Positions 1-9,018 of a stretch of DNA of 64,000 nucleotides are shown here, one piece after another (positions within the stretch are counted from its first letter, which is position 1; the number at the start of each line of letters is the position of its first letter). The position numbers were made by a program, and so were the translations under genes. Source of the stretch: Planctomycetota bacterium. GTDB lineage: Bacteria; Planctomycetota; B15-G4; JADJEK01. Under the pieces are notes generated by a model, which made no database searches, was not told where the DNA came from, and saw only the letters and a program-made list of their open reading frames with translations. Location: positions 1-64,000 of the forward strand of contig JBGAIQ010000012.1 in the NCBI GenBank assembly GCA_044225365.1. The letters are read 5' to 3'.

Positions 1-316
1 GCTGATCGATCGGAGTCGGCCGCAGCAACTTCACCGTGTATTCGGCCGTCACGGTGCAGGGCGGCTTGTCGGCGCCGCGCTTCTTCATGAGGTGCCATGC
101 CGCGGTCCAGTTGCAGTGGCAGTCGAGCAGAGCGCCGATGATGCCGCCGTTCATCATGCCGGGGAATGCCTGATGATGCGGCGAAGCCTGCCACGTCGCG
201 ACGACCTCGTCCCCGACGGGAATGCTCTTGATCCGCAGTCCCTGGGCGTTGGCCGGGCCGCAGCCGAAGCAGGCGAGGTTGGGGGCGAATCGATCTTGGA
301 GCGCGTGTTCGTCCAT
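1..316 (-). CDS. PaaI-family (hotdog-fold) thioesterase, runs off the window edge
   Basis: Absent from the ORF track. Manual translation from the ATG at 316 gives MDEHALQDRFAPNLACFGCGPANAQGLRIKS...HQAFPGMMNGGIIGALLDCHCNW...TVTAEYTVKLLRPTP, with the CFGCG and GGxxxxLLD motifs of PaaI-like thioesterases. Confidence 0.85.
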   Translation of the reverse strand, partial: MDEHALQDRFAPNLACFGCGPANAQGLRIKSIPVGDEVVATWQASPHHQAFPGMMNGGIIGALLDCHCNWTAAWHLMKKRGADKPPCTVTAEYTVKLLRPTPIDQ

Positions 317-379
317 GGCCCCGATCATAGGGTGGGGCAGGCCGACCACAACGCCGCGCGCCCATCGACGCGGCTACGC

Positions 380-985
380 TCAAAGAGGCAGCGGCGCTTC
401 CAGACGGGCGCCTCGATGCGGTCGGCGCGATATCCCCGACTTCTTCGAGCTCTGCGACGAGGTGGATGGATCTTCGGCACGCTTCGATGACAGGAGCGCA
501 CAGACGAATTCCGCCGATGGAAAGAACTCGGGATCGGGAGGCAATTCGCGGGGGCGATGCTTCGAGGCACCCGTCGACGAACAAGGACGCCGAGCGTCCG
601 AGAGGTAGTCGAGAACGAGGCCGTCGACGACCTCGAAGCGATCTCGAAGCTCGACGATCTCCGGATGGATCTTCTGCGCGACCAAGATCACGCGGACACT
701 GGAGAGCGTCGGAATCGATCGGAGGATTCGAAGCGTCTGTTCAACCTTGGAGATCTCGGCGTCCACATCGAGTATCGCGAGATTCGAGCGATCCTCCACC
801 AGGTGGAGCATGAGCTCGCAGTCGGTCGCAGCGTTCCGAAACCGAATTCCGTGGGGAGCGAGAGTTTCCTCGATGCTCGCTGCGACTCTCGCGTCACCGA
901 TGAGTCCCGTCAGTTCGACGAGGGTATCCTCGTTGGGGTTCGCCACGTCGATCGATGTTGGACGCAGCTCGTCGGATCTGGACAT
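380..985 (-). CDS. degenerate (pseudo-)receiver domain protein
   Basis: GGAGAGG RBS before the ATG at 985. The segment NLAILDVD...LRILRSIPTLSSVRVILVA resembles REC beta3-beta4, but the acidic pocket and the KP motif are missing. It is the last gene of the left signalling arm. Confidence 0.55.
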   Translation of the reverse strand: MSRSDELRPTSIDVANPNEDTLVELTGLIGDARVAASIEETLAPHGIRFRNAATDCELMLHLVEDRSNLAILDVDAEISKVEQTLRILRSIPTLSSVRVILVAQKIHPEIVELRDRFEVVDGLVLDYLSDARRPCSSTGASKHRPRELPPDPEFFPSAEFVCALLSSKRAEDPSTSSQSSKKSGISRRPHRGARLEAPLPL

Positions 986-1144
986 GGTGGCCTCTCCAGC
1001 GGGCGGGCATGGGCGGGTCGAATCCGGCGGTGAAGCACGCTCGAGGGTGGCTGGCGCTGACAGCCCGAAGTAAGACTGGTCGGCATGCCCGGCTGCGAAG
1101 AATCCGCGCATCGCCGGACGTCGTCGTCCTATTCTTCCCGGACG

Positions 1145-1594
1145 TCAGCGAATGGACCACGCCGGGATGTTGCGATCGTCGCGAGCGCGGATGTCGGAGC
1201 TCGCCAGAGGCGCGAGAATCGCCGGCCGGCTCTTCTCCAGTGCGCGCTCGATCGAACTCAGCAGCTCGGCCGGTTCGTAGGGCTTCTCGATGAATGCGGC
1301 AGCGCCCAACTTTCGCGCCTGTTCGCGGAGCCCGGGACGCGAACTTGCCGTGAAGAAGATGAACGGGACACCAGCGGTCGTGCCGTGATTCTGCATTCGA
1401 TCCGCGAGGTCGAAGCCATTTCCCGCCGGCATCGAGATGTCGAGGATCGCGAGATCCGGTCTCTCCTTCACGGCCGCGCTCATCCCGCCGAGGCCATCGC
1501 CTGCAGTGACGACTTCGTAGCCGCTGCGTCGCAATCGAATCGCAAGGGCGCGGCACACATCGGGATCATCTTCAACGATCAGGATCTTCGCCAT
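1145..1594 (-). CDS. single-domain response regulator (CheY-like REC)
   Basis: MAKILIVEDD...AILDISMP...FFTAS...FIEKPY, all REC catalytic residues present; GAGGA RBS. Confidence 0.93.
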   Translation of the reverse strand: MAKILIVEDDPDVCRALAIRLRRSGYEVVTAGDGLGGMSAAVKERPDLAILDISMPAGNGFDLADRMQNHGTTAGVPFIFFTASSRPGLREQARKLGAAAFIEKPYEPAELLSSIERALEKSRPAILAPLASSDIRARDDRNIPAWSIR

Positions 1595-1602
1595 GGTAAT
1601 CC

Positions 1603-2823
1603 TCAGAGGTCGACCGTCTCGCGAGAGACCACTCGCGGAACCGTGAAGTGGAAGACGCTTCCGACGCCCATCTCGCTCTCGGCCCAGATTCGACCGCCAT
1701 GCATTTCGACCAAGTCCCGACAGATGTTCAGTCCTAGTCCGAGCCCTTCGATCGATTTCTTGTCCCGCTCGACCTGAAACAAGCGATCGAACACCGCGTC
1801 GAGATCCTTCCTGGGTATCCCGCACCCCGTATCCGCCACGGAAATGCGAATCCACGCCGCTTGCGTTTCGTCGCTCGTCGTCGAGATCGATACGGCGATC
1901 CTCCCACCAGGGGCCGTGAAGCGAATCGCGTTCCTCAACAGATTCGACAGAACCTGCTCGATGAGACTCGAGTCGATGTAAGCAAATGGACTCGTCGGAT
2001 CCGGCACTTCGGTGACTTCGACTCGAGCCCTCTTGATCGAATCGTGAAAGCGATCGAGCACCATCGACGAGAGTTCGTTGATTCGCGTTTGCTCTCGATC
2101 AGGGGTCACCTGACCGGACATGAGGCGCACGACCTTCATCATGTCGGCCACGTAACAGCCGACTCGCCGACAACTACGATGGGCAGTCTCGAGATAATCG
2201 CGCTGTTGTTCGTCGATCGACCCGTTGGGGTTCTCGAGTACGAGGGCCAAGAACTCGAGCGCCGCGCTCAATGGGGTCCGGAGCTCGTGCGAAAGCGAGT
2301 GATAGAAACTCCGGATCTCGATGTTTCTGCGGTCGAGCGCCTTATGCGCCTCCTCGAGGTCGCGTGCGTAGCGTCTCAGTTCCGTTCGCAGTCGCTGTCT
2401 CTCCATCACGCTCGAGAGGCAGCGCAAGAGGGAGTGAGGATTCAACTCCGGTCGTGGGATGCACTCGACGACGACGGTGCCGAGAGGATCGTGATCGAGT
2501 TTCGGAGATCGATCGTCAACGAGGAGGATCACGGGCGGCGGAGGATCGTTCGATTCATCCGAAACGGACCGGATGAACTCGTCCGTACTCATGTCGCGAG
2601 GGTTGGAATCAAGGACGACGCACGACACGTTCGTCGCGCGCAGGCAGTTCAACGCGGCGGCGGCTGAGTCGATCTCGCGCACTTCGGCGCGCGTTGATAG
2701 CGCCGCGACGAGGAGTTTCGAGTAGCCGTCGCGGCGATCGCGTGAGGAACTCACGAACACCACGGTATCGAGCGCAGCCGCGCACGCGGTAGTAGGGATG
2801 CTCTCCTGCAACGTCGAACTCAT
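1603..2823 (-). CDS. sensor histidine kinase with N-terminal atypical REC (REC-HisKA-HATPase)
   Basis: H-box SHELRTPL, N-box NLLRNAIRF, G1 DTGCGIP, G2 GLGLGL. The ATG at 2823 overlaps the upstream stop (ATGA); the longer ORF extension overlaps the upstream regulator. Confidence 0.92.
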   Translation of the reverse strand: MSSTLQESIPTTACAAALDTVVFVSSSRDRRDGYSKLLVAALSTRAEVREIDSAAAALNCLRATNVSCVVLDSNPRDMSTDEFIRSVSDESNDPPPPVILLVDDRSPKLDHDPLGTVVVECIPRPELNPHSLLRCLSSVMERQRLRTELRRYARDLEEAHKALDRRNIEIRSFYHSLSHELRTPLSAALEFLALVLENPNGSIDEQQRDYLETAHRSCRRVGCYVADMMKVVRLMSGQVTPDREQTRINELSSMVLDRFHDSIKRARVEVTEVPDPTSPFAYIDSSLIEQVLSNLLRNAIRFTAPGGRIAVSISTTSDETQAAWIRISVADTGCGIPRKDLDAVFDRLFQVERDKKSIEGLGLGLNICRDLVEMHGGRIWAESEMGVGSVFHFTVPRVVSRETVDL

Positions 2824-3263
2824 TCCGTGAGGACGGAATGCACGGCGGCAGCGATCTGGGCGCTGAGCGTGGGTTTGAAGAAGAGCCGTCGGATGGCGTT
2901 CCAGCCGTCGATCACGTCGAATAGCGCGACATCTCTGCTGCCGGTGATGATCACGATCGGCAGGCCATTCGTTCGCGGATCCCGACGCAGACGCATCAGC
3001 AGATCCGTTCCGTTCAACTTCGGAAGTCCCAGATCCAGAACGATCGCGCTGGGCCGATTCTCCGTCGCCGCCTTCCAACCCGCGAGGCCGTCGTACGCGC
3101 TGATCACCTCGTGGCCGTAGGCCCCGATCTTCGTCGCCAGGAGACGGTTCATGTCGTGATGATCCTCGACGACGAGGACCTGTGCACGGCAGGTGCTCAA
3201 CGCGGGGATCGCGCCATCGATGCAAGTCGGCGCCGCAGCTACTTCGTACTCGATCGTGCTCAT
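2820..3263 (-). CDS. single-domain response regulator
   Basis: VLVVEDH...IVLDLGLPKLNG...LPIVIITG...FFKP REC motifs. Confidence 0.88.
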   Translation of the reverse strand: MSTIEYEVAAAPTCIDGAIPALSTCRAQVLVVEDHHDMNRLLATKIGAYGHEVISAYDGLAGWKAATENRPSAIVLDLGLPKLNGTDLLMRLRRDPRTNGLPIVIITGSRDVALFDVIDGWNAIRRLFFKPTLSAQIAAAVHSVLTE

Positions 3264-3769
3264 CGATGTGGCTCGTAGGCGTTCCGGGCAGGAAACGCAC
3301 CGAGGCCAGATCGGCGTTGCGATGCGGTGGCTTTCGAGACTGCCCACGAAAAGCCGTCGGACTTGTTGAGCGATCGAGCGGAACCCTTGAGATCTCCGTG
3401 CCGAAATCGAGTTGCAGCGAGCAGATTTGAAACACCAGGAACACTCCGAGCACCGGCCCGATCTCGCTCGGGCTGGATACCATGCTCGCCGAGGTTTGGA
3501 TCCGATCTCCAGGGCGGAGGTCCACGAAGGACGAGAGAGCGCACGAAGCCGGCGAGAACGTGGTCGCACGCTATTGAATTCGCGAGGCCGCGAGGAGCGT
3601 CAGAGATGAGTTCGGGGTCCGCGATGAAGGAAGTGACGCAACCACCGCTGCGCTCGGACGACGGCGTGCAGGAGTTCGGCGACCGTTCGAATCGGCGGCC
3701 GTGCGGTCGAGTCGAAGTGGTGGACGTCGAATGCGGGCCGACGGAGTGCGAGCTCCAAGGTGGGTCGCG

Positions 3770-6457
3770 ATGCGACTGACGCAGAAGCTCACGACCTGGA
3801 TCGGCGCGGTCGTGCTGCTATCTTCGCTCGTGAGTGGCACGCTCGCCCAATTCCACCTCGCGCGAACCCTCGAGCCTTACGAGGCCGAACGAATCTCCTG
3901 GGAATGCCGCGACCGGGCCATGATCCTCTCACGTGTCGTCGAATCGTGCGAGGCCGACGTCCGAATCCTCGGTGCGATCCCGGCTGCACAAGGGGTACTG
4001 GACGCACTCGATTCGGGCGCTGATCCACGAGACGGAACCAAGCTAGTCGTGTGGAAGGAGCGGCTCGCGTCGATCGCGGAGGCGTTCGCCCGGGCAAATC
4101 CAACGTACTTGCAGGTCCGCCTGATCGGTGCGGCCGAAGACGGCCTCGAGCTCATACGGGTGAATCGGACGGAATCTGGGGCGGTCGAGGTCGCTCCCGA
4201 CGCCGAACTCCAGAGAAAGGGAAGTCGCCCTTACTTCGGGGCGACGATGCGACTTCCCGTCGGGAGCATCTACTGCTCTCCGATCGAATTGAACGAGGAG
4301 CATGGTCGGATCCAGGTACCCCACGTCCCGGTGATCCGAGTCGCGACTCCGGTAGCGAATGCCGCGAATCAGGTCGCGGGAATCGTGATCATCAATGTCG
4401 ACATGCGTCCCATCCTCGCGTCGATGTTGCCGGACGATCGGGCGCGAAGGGATATTCATGTATTCGACGACGACGGTCGATTCCTGGTGCACCCGGATCC
4501 GTCGCGCGAGTTCGCTCCGGAATTCGACGCCCGCGCCGAATTTCCGGAGGTAGCGAGTCACTTGAAGGACGATCGAGACTCGATCGTCCAGCTGTCGAGT
4601 TCGGATAACGCTGGCCGCAGTGCGGCGATCTCTCATGTGGACCTTCCGAACGGGATGCGGCTCACCGTCGTCGAGGTGGTCCCGGACGATGCGATCTACG
4701 CAGCGTCGCGGTCCGCACGGAACTCGTGTTGGATCAGTGCGGGCCTCGCAGGGCTCCTGGCCCTTGCAATCTCTGCCTTCCTCGCGCGTACATTGGTGCG
4801 TCCGATAGAGTCTCTCACCCGCGCCGTGGAAGCCTTTCCTGGCCCGACGCCGCTGGCCGTGACGAGCTCCGCCGCAGATGAGATCGCGGCGCTGGAGAGG
4901 GCGTTTCGCCGGATGGGAGAACGCGTCACCGAGAACGAGCGAATCGCGAGGGACGAGTTGGCCGCGCGCGCGAAGGCGGAGGCGGCCCTGGTGCAGAAGT
5001 CGGATCGCGAGCGGCTCTTGGTCGCAGCGATCGAATGTGCCAACGACGCGGTGATCCTGAAGAGTCTCGACGGAGTCGTGCTGTCGTGGAATGCCGCAGC
5101 GCAGCGCATCTACGGATACACCGCTGAGGAGATGGTGGGGAAGAAGATCCACGCAATCGTACCCCAGGAGTTGCACTCGGAGGTGGAAGAGATCCTCCGA
5201 CGGATCCGGAACGGCGAGGAGACACTCAACTTCGATACTCGAAGGATGACTCGAGCGGGGCGGGTCATCGACGTCTCCTTATCGATTTCTCCCGTACGAG
5301 CAACGTCGGGTCAACTCATCGGCGCATCGGCAATCGAGCGAGACGTGACCGATCGTGTCGCGGCCGAAGAGCGCTTCCGGGTCGCTGTCGAAGCCTGCCC
5401 CAGCGGCATGCTCATCGTCGATTCGAAGGGGTTCATTCTCCTGGCGAACGGCGAAGCGACACGTCAATTCGGTTATTCGCGGGAGGAATTGATCGGCAGT
5501 TCGATCGAGGCGCTCGTTCCCAAGCGATTCAGAGAAGATCACACTCAGTTACGAGAGACCTATAAACGATCGCCGCATCCACGGCTCATGGGATCGGGCC
5601 GCGACTTGTACGGGCTCAGGAAGAACGGCACTGAATTCCCGATCGAGGTTGGTCTGAATCCGATCGCGATTCGATCCGGACCGATGGTCATGTGTGTCGT
5701 AAGCGATATCACGCTACGCAAGCAAGCTCAAGATGCTGCGGCTCGCCACGCCGCCGAGCTGGAGCGGTCGAACAGGGAACTCGAGGAATTCGCCCATCTG
5801 GCGTCGCACGACCTCCAGGAACCACTGCGAATGGTAGGGAGTTACACGGAATTGATCGCGGCGAAGTACAAAGGGAAACTAGATCCTCAGGCGGACAAGT
5901 ATATCCAATACACCGTCGAGGGTGCGCTGAGGATGAAGACGATGATCACCGATCTGCTAGCATACTCGCGAATCTCGTCGCAACCCGGAGTGCCCAAACC
6001 GACGGATTTGAACAAAGTCATGGACGACGTCGTCGGGGAGCTGGCGGGGTCGATTCGGGAATGCGAGGCGAGCGTGACATGGAAGGGCTTGCCGATCGTC
6101 GAGATGGACCCGAGACAGGCGAAACAGCTCCTCAGAAACTTGGTCGCCAACGCTCTCAAGTTCCGGCGACCAGGAGTGAAACCGGTGATCGACGTCGCAA
6201 GTCGAGCGTCCGGGTCCGTTCGGACGCTCTCGGTCGCGGACAATGGCATCGGCATCGATCCCTCGGATAGCGGAAGGCTCTTTCAGATGTTCCAGCGACT
6301 CCACGACCGCGCCAGCTATCCTGGAAACGGTATCGGCCTCGCGATCGCAAAGAAGATCGTGGAAAATCACGGCGGGCGCATCTGGTTCGAGTCGGACCCT
6401 GGGAAAGGGACGACCTTCTTCTTCGAATTGCGACCGTTCCCTGGAGATGAGTCATGA
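3770..6457 (+). CDS. membrane sensor histidine kinase (TM-Cache-like-TM-HAMP-PAS-PAS-HisKA-HATPase), Cph1/COG4251-type kinase core
   Basis: Two hydrophobic TM segments, HAMP (RPIESLTRAV...DEIAALERAF), two PAS domains (WNAAAQRIYGY, ANGEATRQFGY), H-box ASHDLQEPLR, NLVANALKF, DNGIGI, GIGLAIAKKIVENHGG. Confidence 0.95.
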   Translation: MRLTQKLTTWIGAVVLLSSLVSGTLAQFHLARTLEPYEAERISWECRDRAMILSRVVESCEADVRILGAIPAAQGVLDALDSGADPRDGTKLVVWKERLASIAEAFARANPTYLQVRLIGAAEDGLELIRVNRTESGAVEVAPDAELQRKGSRPYFGATMRLPVGSIYCSPIELNEEHGRIQVPHVPVIRVATPVANAANQVAGIVIINVDMRPILASMLPDDRARRDIHVFDDDGRFLVHPDPSREFAPEFDARAEFPEVASHLKDDRDSIVQLSSSDNAGRSAAISHVDLPNGMRLTVVEVVPDDAIYAASRSARNSCWISAGLAGLLALAISAFLARTLVRPIESLTRAVEAFPGPTPLAVTSSAADEIAALERAFRRMGERVTENERIARDELAARAKAEAALVQKSDRERLLVAAIECANDAVILKSLDGVVLSWNAAAQRIYGYTAEEMVGKKIHAIVPQELHSEVEEILRRIRNGEETLNFDTRRMTRAGRVIDVSLSISPVRATSGQLIGASAIERDVTDRVAAEERFRVAVEACPSGMLIVDSKGFILLANGEATRQFGYSREELIGSSIEALVPKRFREDHTQLRETYKRSPHPRLMGSGRDLYGLRKNGTEFPIEVGLNPIAIRSGPMVMCVVSDITLRKQAQDAAARHAAELERSNRELEEFAHLASHDLQEPLRMVGSYTELIAAKYKGKLDPQADKYIQYTVEGALRMKTMITDLLAYSRISSQPGVPKPTDLNKVMDDVVGELAGSIRECEASVTWKGLPIVEMDPRQAKQLLRNLVANALKFRRPGVKPVIDVASRASGSVRTLSVADNGIGIDPSDSGRLFQMFQRLHDRASYPGNGIGLAIAKKIVENHGGRIWFESDPGKGTTFFFELRPFPGDES

Positions 6458-6891
6458 GCGAGATCGTCACCGTCCTCCTGGTCGAAGACAACGACGCCGA
6501 CATCGATCTGGCACGGGCCCTTCTCGAGGACAGCCGATTGCACGTGAATCTCAACGTCGTGAAGGACGGTAGAGAGGCGCTCGACTATCTCAACCGAGTC
6601 GGAAAGTACGAAAGTGCTCCACGTCCCGATCTGGTCTTGCTCGATCTCAATCTTCCCAAGCTTGACGGAAAGGGCGTCCTCGCGATCGTCAAGAAGGACC
6701 CAAGCCTCCGAATCATCCCGATCGTGGTACTCACGAGCTCGGAGGCGGAGGCCGACATACTCCGTAGCTACGATCTCGGGGCGAACTGTTACGTCGCGAA
6801 GCCCGTGGGTCTCTCTGCGTTTCAGACGATCGTGAAGTCGATCGAGGGTTTCTGGTTGACCGTGGTGAAGCTCCCGGTAGCGCGACCGTGA
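6454..6891 (+). CDS. Rcp1-like single-domain response regulator
   Basis: LLVEDN...PDLVLLDLNLPKLDG...IPIVVLTSS...YDLGANCYVAKP...SIEGFWL, the Rcp1 family signature; ATGA overlap with the kinase. Confidence 0.93.
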   Translation: MSEIVTVLLVEDNDADIDLARALLEDSRLHVNLNVVKDGREALDYLNRVGKYESAPRPDLVLLDLNLPKLDGKGVLAIVKKDPSLRIIPIVVLTSSEAEADILRSYDLGANCYVAKPVGLSAFQTIVKSIEGFWLTVVKLPVARP

Positions 6892-7180
6892 ATTCGCGGC
6901 GGTGCATGGATGAAGCGCTACGGACTCGCTTTGCGTCTCCAATCTGTACGAAGTGGCGGGGCGCACAGAACACGCGCGCACTACGTCGCAGGTCGTGATC
7001 GAGATTCGAGCGCGATGAGCCGGTGATCGCGCAGGACGAATTCGTTGCCAGGTGGTTGCGGCAAGAACTTGGATCGGGGCTACAAGTTCAACAAGGCGGT
7101 TTGGTGATCTTCGTGTAGGGTGCGCGCCCAGGCGATTCGCGCCCGGGGCTTCGAGGTGGTCGACGAGTGAGGTAGCGGAG

Positions 7181-7489
7181 ATGATCTATCGACTTCGGCT
7201 CTACGTCACGGGACGGACGGCGCAGTCGCAGCGGGCGATCGAGAACCTGCGGCGAATCTGTGAAACGGAAACCACGGAGAAGTTCGAGATCGAAGTGATC
7301 GATGTCCTCGAGCACCCTTCGCTGGCAGAGAACGAGAAGATCCTGGCGACTCCCACCCTCGTCAAACGCTTACCCGAGCCCGTGAGGAAGATCATTGGAG
7401 ATCTCAGCGATCGCGAGAAGGTCTTGCTCGGTCTCGACCTCATCCCGACGTCCTTGGCTCCTCCGAAGTCGAGAGCGACTGACGGCTGA
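7181..7489 (+). CDS. kaiB: circadian clock protein KaiB (copy 1)
   Basis: LRLYVTG...[50 protein letters not shown] matches cyanobacterial KaiB nearly residue for residue; GAGG/GGAG upstream of the ATG at 7181. Confidence 0.96.
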   Translation: MIYRLRLYVTGRTAQSQRAIENLRRICETETTEKFEIEVIDVLEHPSLAENEKILATPTLVKRLPEPVRKIIGDLSDREKVLLGLDLIPTSLAPPKSRATDG

Positions 7490-7843
7490 CCACTGAGGTC
7501 GCTGCACCGCAAACCCGTGCTATCGAGGTTCGATCATGACCGAACGGAATTCGGCCCACGTCATGAACGCAACGTTTGGCTCCGAGTCGGATCGCGCCTC
7601 GGGTCCCTGCGCGCGAGGACGAACCACGGTGGATCTCTCGATGCCGATGATCGAAACGTGGGATTCGAGATCGCTCGCACGCGCGTGCTCGCGCTGGGCC
7701 GGTCGTCGTGGTGAGACGAGCCTTGGCGTCAACCCCACACGCAGTGCTCGCCTGAATCGGACAGAGGCACGGCTTCGCTTACGCATCACAAGAACGACGA
7801 TCGAACGAGCGAAGGAAGCCGAGCGGCGCGGAGGGATGGCCTG

Positions 7844-8692
7844 GTGAAGAAACCGACGGATGCGCCAACACGGATCCTGTTGCTCGTGGAGGACAATCCA
7901 GCCGACGCGACGTTGGTGCGGGAATACCTCGACGACTCTGACGAGCGACGCGCTTTGCCAGGCGGCGATGCCGGCGAGTATGAAGTAATCCATGTCTCTC
8001 GTATCGCGGAAGCGGTGCGAGAACTGCGGTCTCGTCACGTCGATGTGGTCCTGCTCGATCTTCGCTTGCCCGATGGCACGGGGATCAAAACGGTCGCATC
8101 CGTAAAGGCGGCAGCGAGCGACGTTCCGATCGTCGTCATGACGGGTCTCGACGACGAATCGCTCGGCGAATCGTGCGTTTCCGCAGGGGCAGAGGACTTC
8201 ATCAGCAAATCGGAAATGCGAGCGATTCCGCTCCGGCGCGCTGTTGGCTTCGCGGTGTCCCGTCATCGGGAAGCGGAATTGCGGAACGCGAAGGCAACGG
8301 AAGAACAATTCCGATCACTCACCTCGGAAGGCGTGGGGACCAGCGTCACTGCGGCGATGACAGGCTCCGGCTCGATCAAAGAGCGGATTCCAGCGAAGTT
8401 CGCGGAACTCGTTAATACCTATTGGAGTGTACTCGAGCGGTACCTCGAGCAGTTGGGCTTGAAGAAGGAAAAGCCCCGCATCGAGATGGAAATGCTCGTG
8501 ACGATCATCGGCGAACACGGGGGCGGACCGAGGGATCTCATTGATATTCACGTCGCGGCGATCGAACGAGCAGCAAGCGTCGGAAACGGCGGAATTCACG
8601 CCCGAGCTGTCGCGACGGAGGGCCGACTCATCGCGCTGGAGATGATGGGACTCCTCGTCGATTACTATCGCGTCGGACATCGCAGGAGGTAG
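7844..8692 (+). CDS. kaiA3: REC + KaiA-like C-terminal domain protein (KaiA3-type)
   Basis: N-terminal REC intact (VEDN, LLDL, MTG, ISK). The C-terminus LVNTYWSVLERY...PRDLIDIHVAAIE...EGRLIALEMMGLLVDYYR aligns by eye with the KaiA C-domain (Y..IL..Y, ILEIH, RL.LID..AHLCEMYR). It lies between two kaiB genes, upstream of kaiC. Confidence 0.8.
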   Translation: MKKPTDAPTRILLLVEDNPADATLVREYLDDSDERRALPGGDAGEYEVIHVSRIAEAVRELRSRHVDVVLLDLRLPDGTGIKTVASVKAAASDVPIVVMTGLDDESLGESCVSAGAEDFISKSEMRAIPLRRAVGFAVSRHREAELRNAKATEEQFRSLTSEGVGTSVTAAMTGSGSIKERIPAKFAELVNTYWSVLERYLEQLGLKKEKPRIEMEMLVTIIGEHGGGPRDLIDIHVAAIERAASVGNGGIHARAVATEGRLIALEMMGLLVDYYRVGHRRR

Positions 8693-8697
8693 CCAGG

Positions 8698-8979
8698 ATG
8701 GAGAAGGCAACGCGATATCGCTTGCGACTCTATATCATCGCCGGACGGACCTATGCGAAGATCTCCGTCGAGAATCTGAAGTCCATCTGCCAAACCGTTC
8801 TTGCGGGTCGGCACGAGCTGGAGATCATCGACGTGTCCGAGAAGACCGCGCTAGCGGACGAGGATCGTGTTCTCGCGACACCCACCTTGCTTCGACTCGA
8901 GCCCAAACCCATCCGACGAATCGTAGGCGACCTGAGCGATCGAGCTCGGGTCATGCAAGCGTTGGAAATCGACCAATGA
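8698..8979 (+). CDS. kaiB: KaiB family protein (copy 2, divergent)
   Basis: YRLRLYI...LEIIDV...ADEDRVLATPTLLRLEPKPIRRIVGDLSD; AGGAGG upstream. Confidence 0.93.
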   Translation: MEKATRYRLRLYIIAGRTYAKISVENLKSICQTVLAGRHELEIIDVSEKTALADEDRVLATPTLLRLEPKPIRRIVGDLSDRARVMQALEIDQ

Positions 8980-9018
8980 GTGCGGGCACGACGAAGAGAG
9001 AGAAATAGGAGTCCTATC

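Noticed and set aside
2824-3525. N-terminal extension making a 640-aa kinase
   Set aside because: It overlaps a clear response regulator in another frame; the ATGA overlap at 2820-2823 gives the true start.
3770-6457. Bacteriophytochrome or light input to the clock
   Set aside because: Only the kinase core is phytochrome-like; no GAF-PHY or LOV motif is visible.
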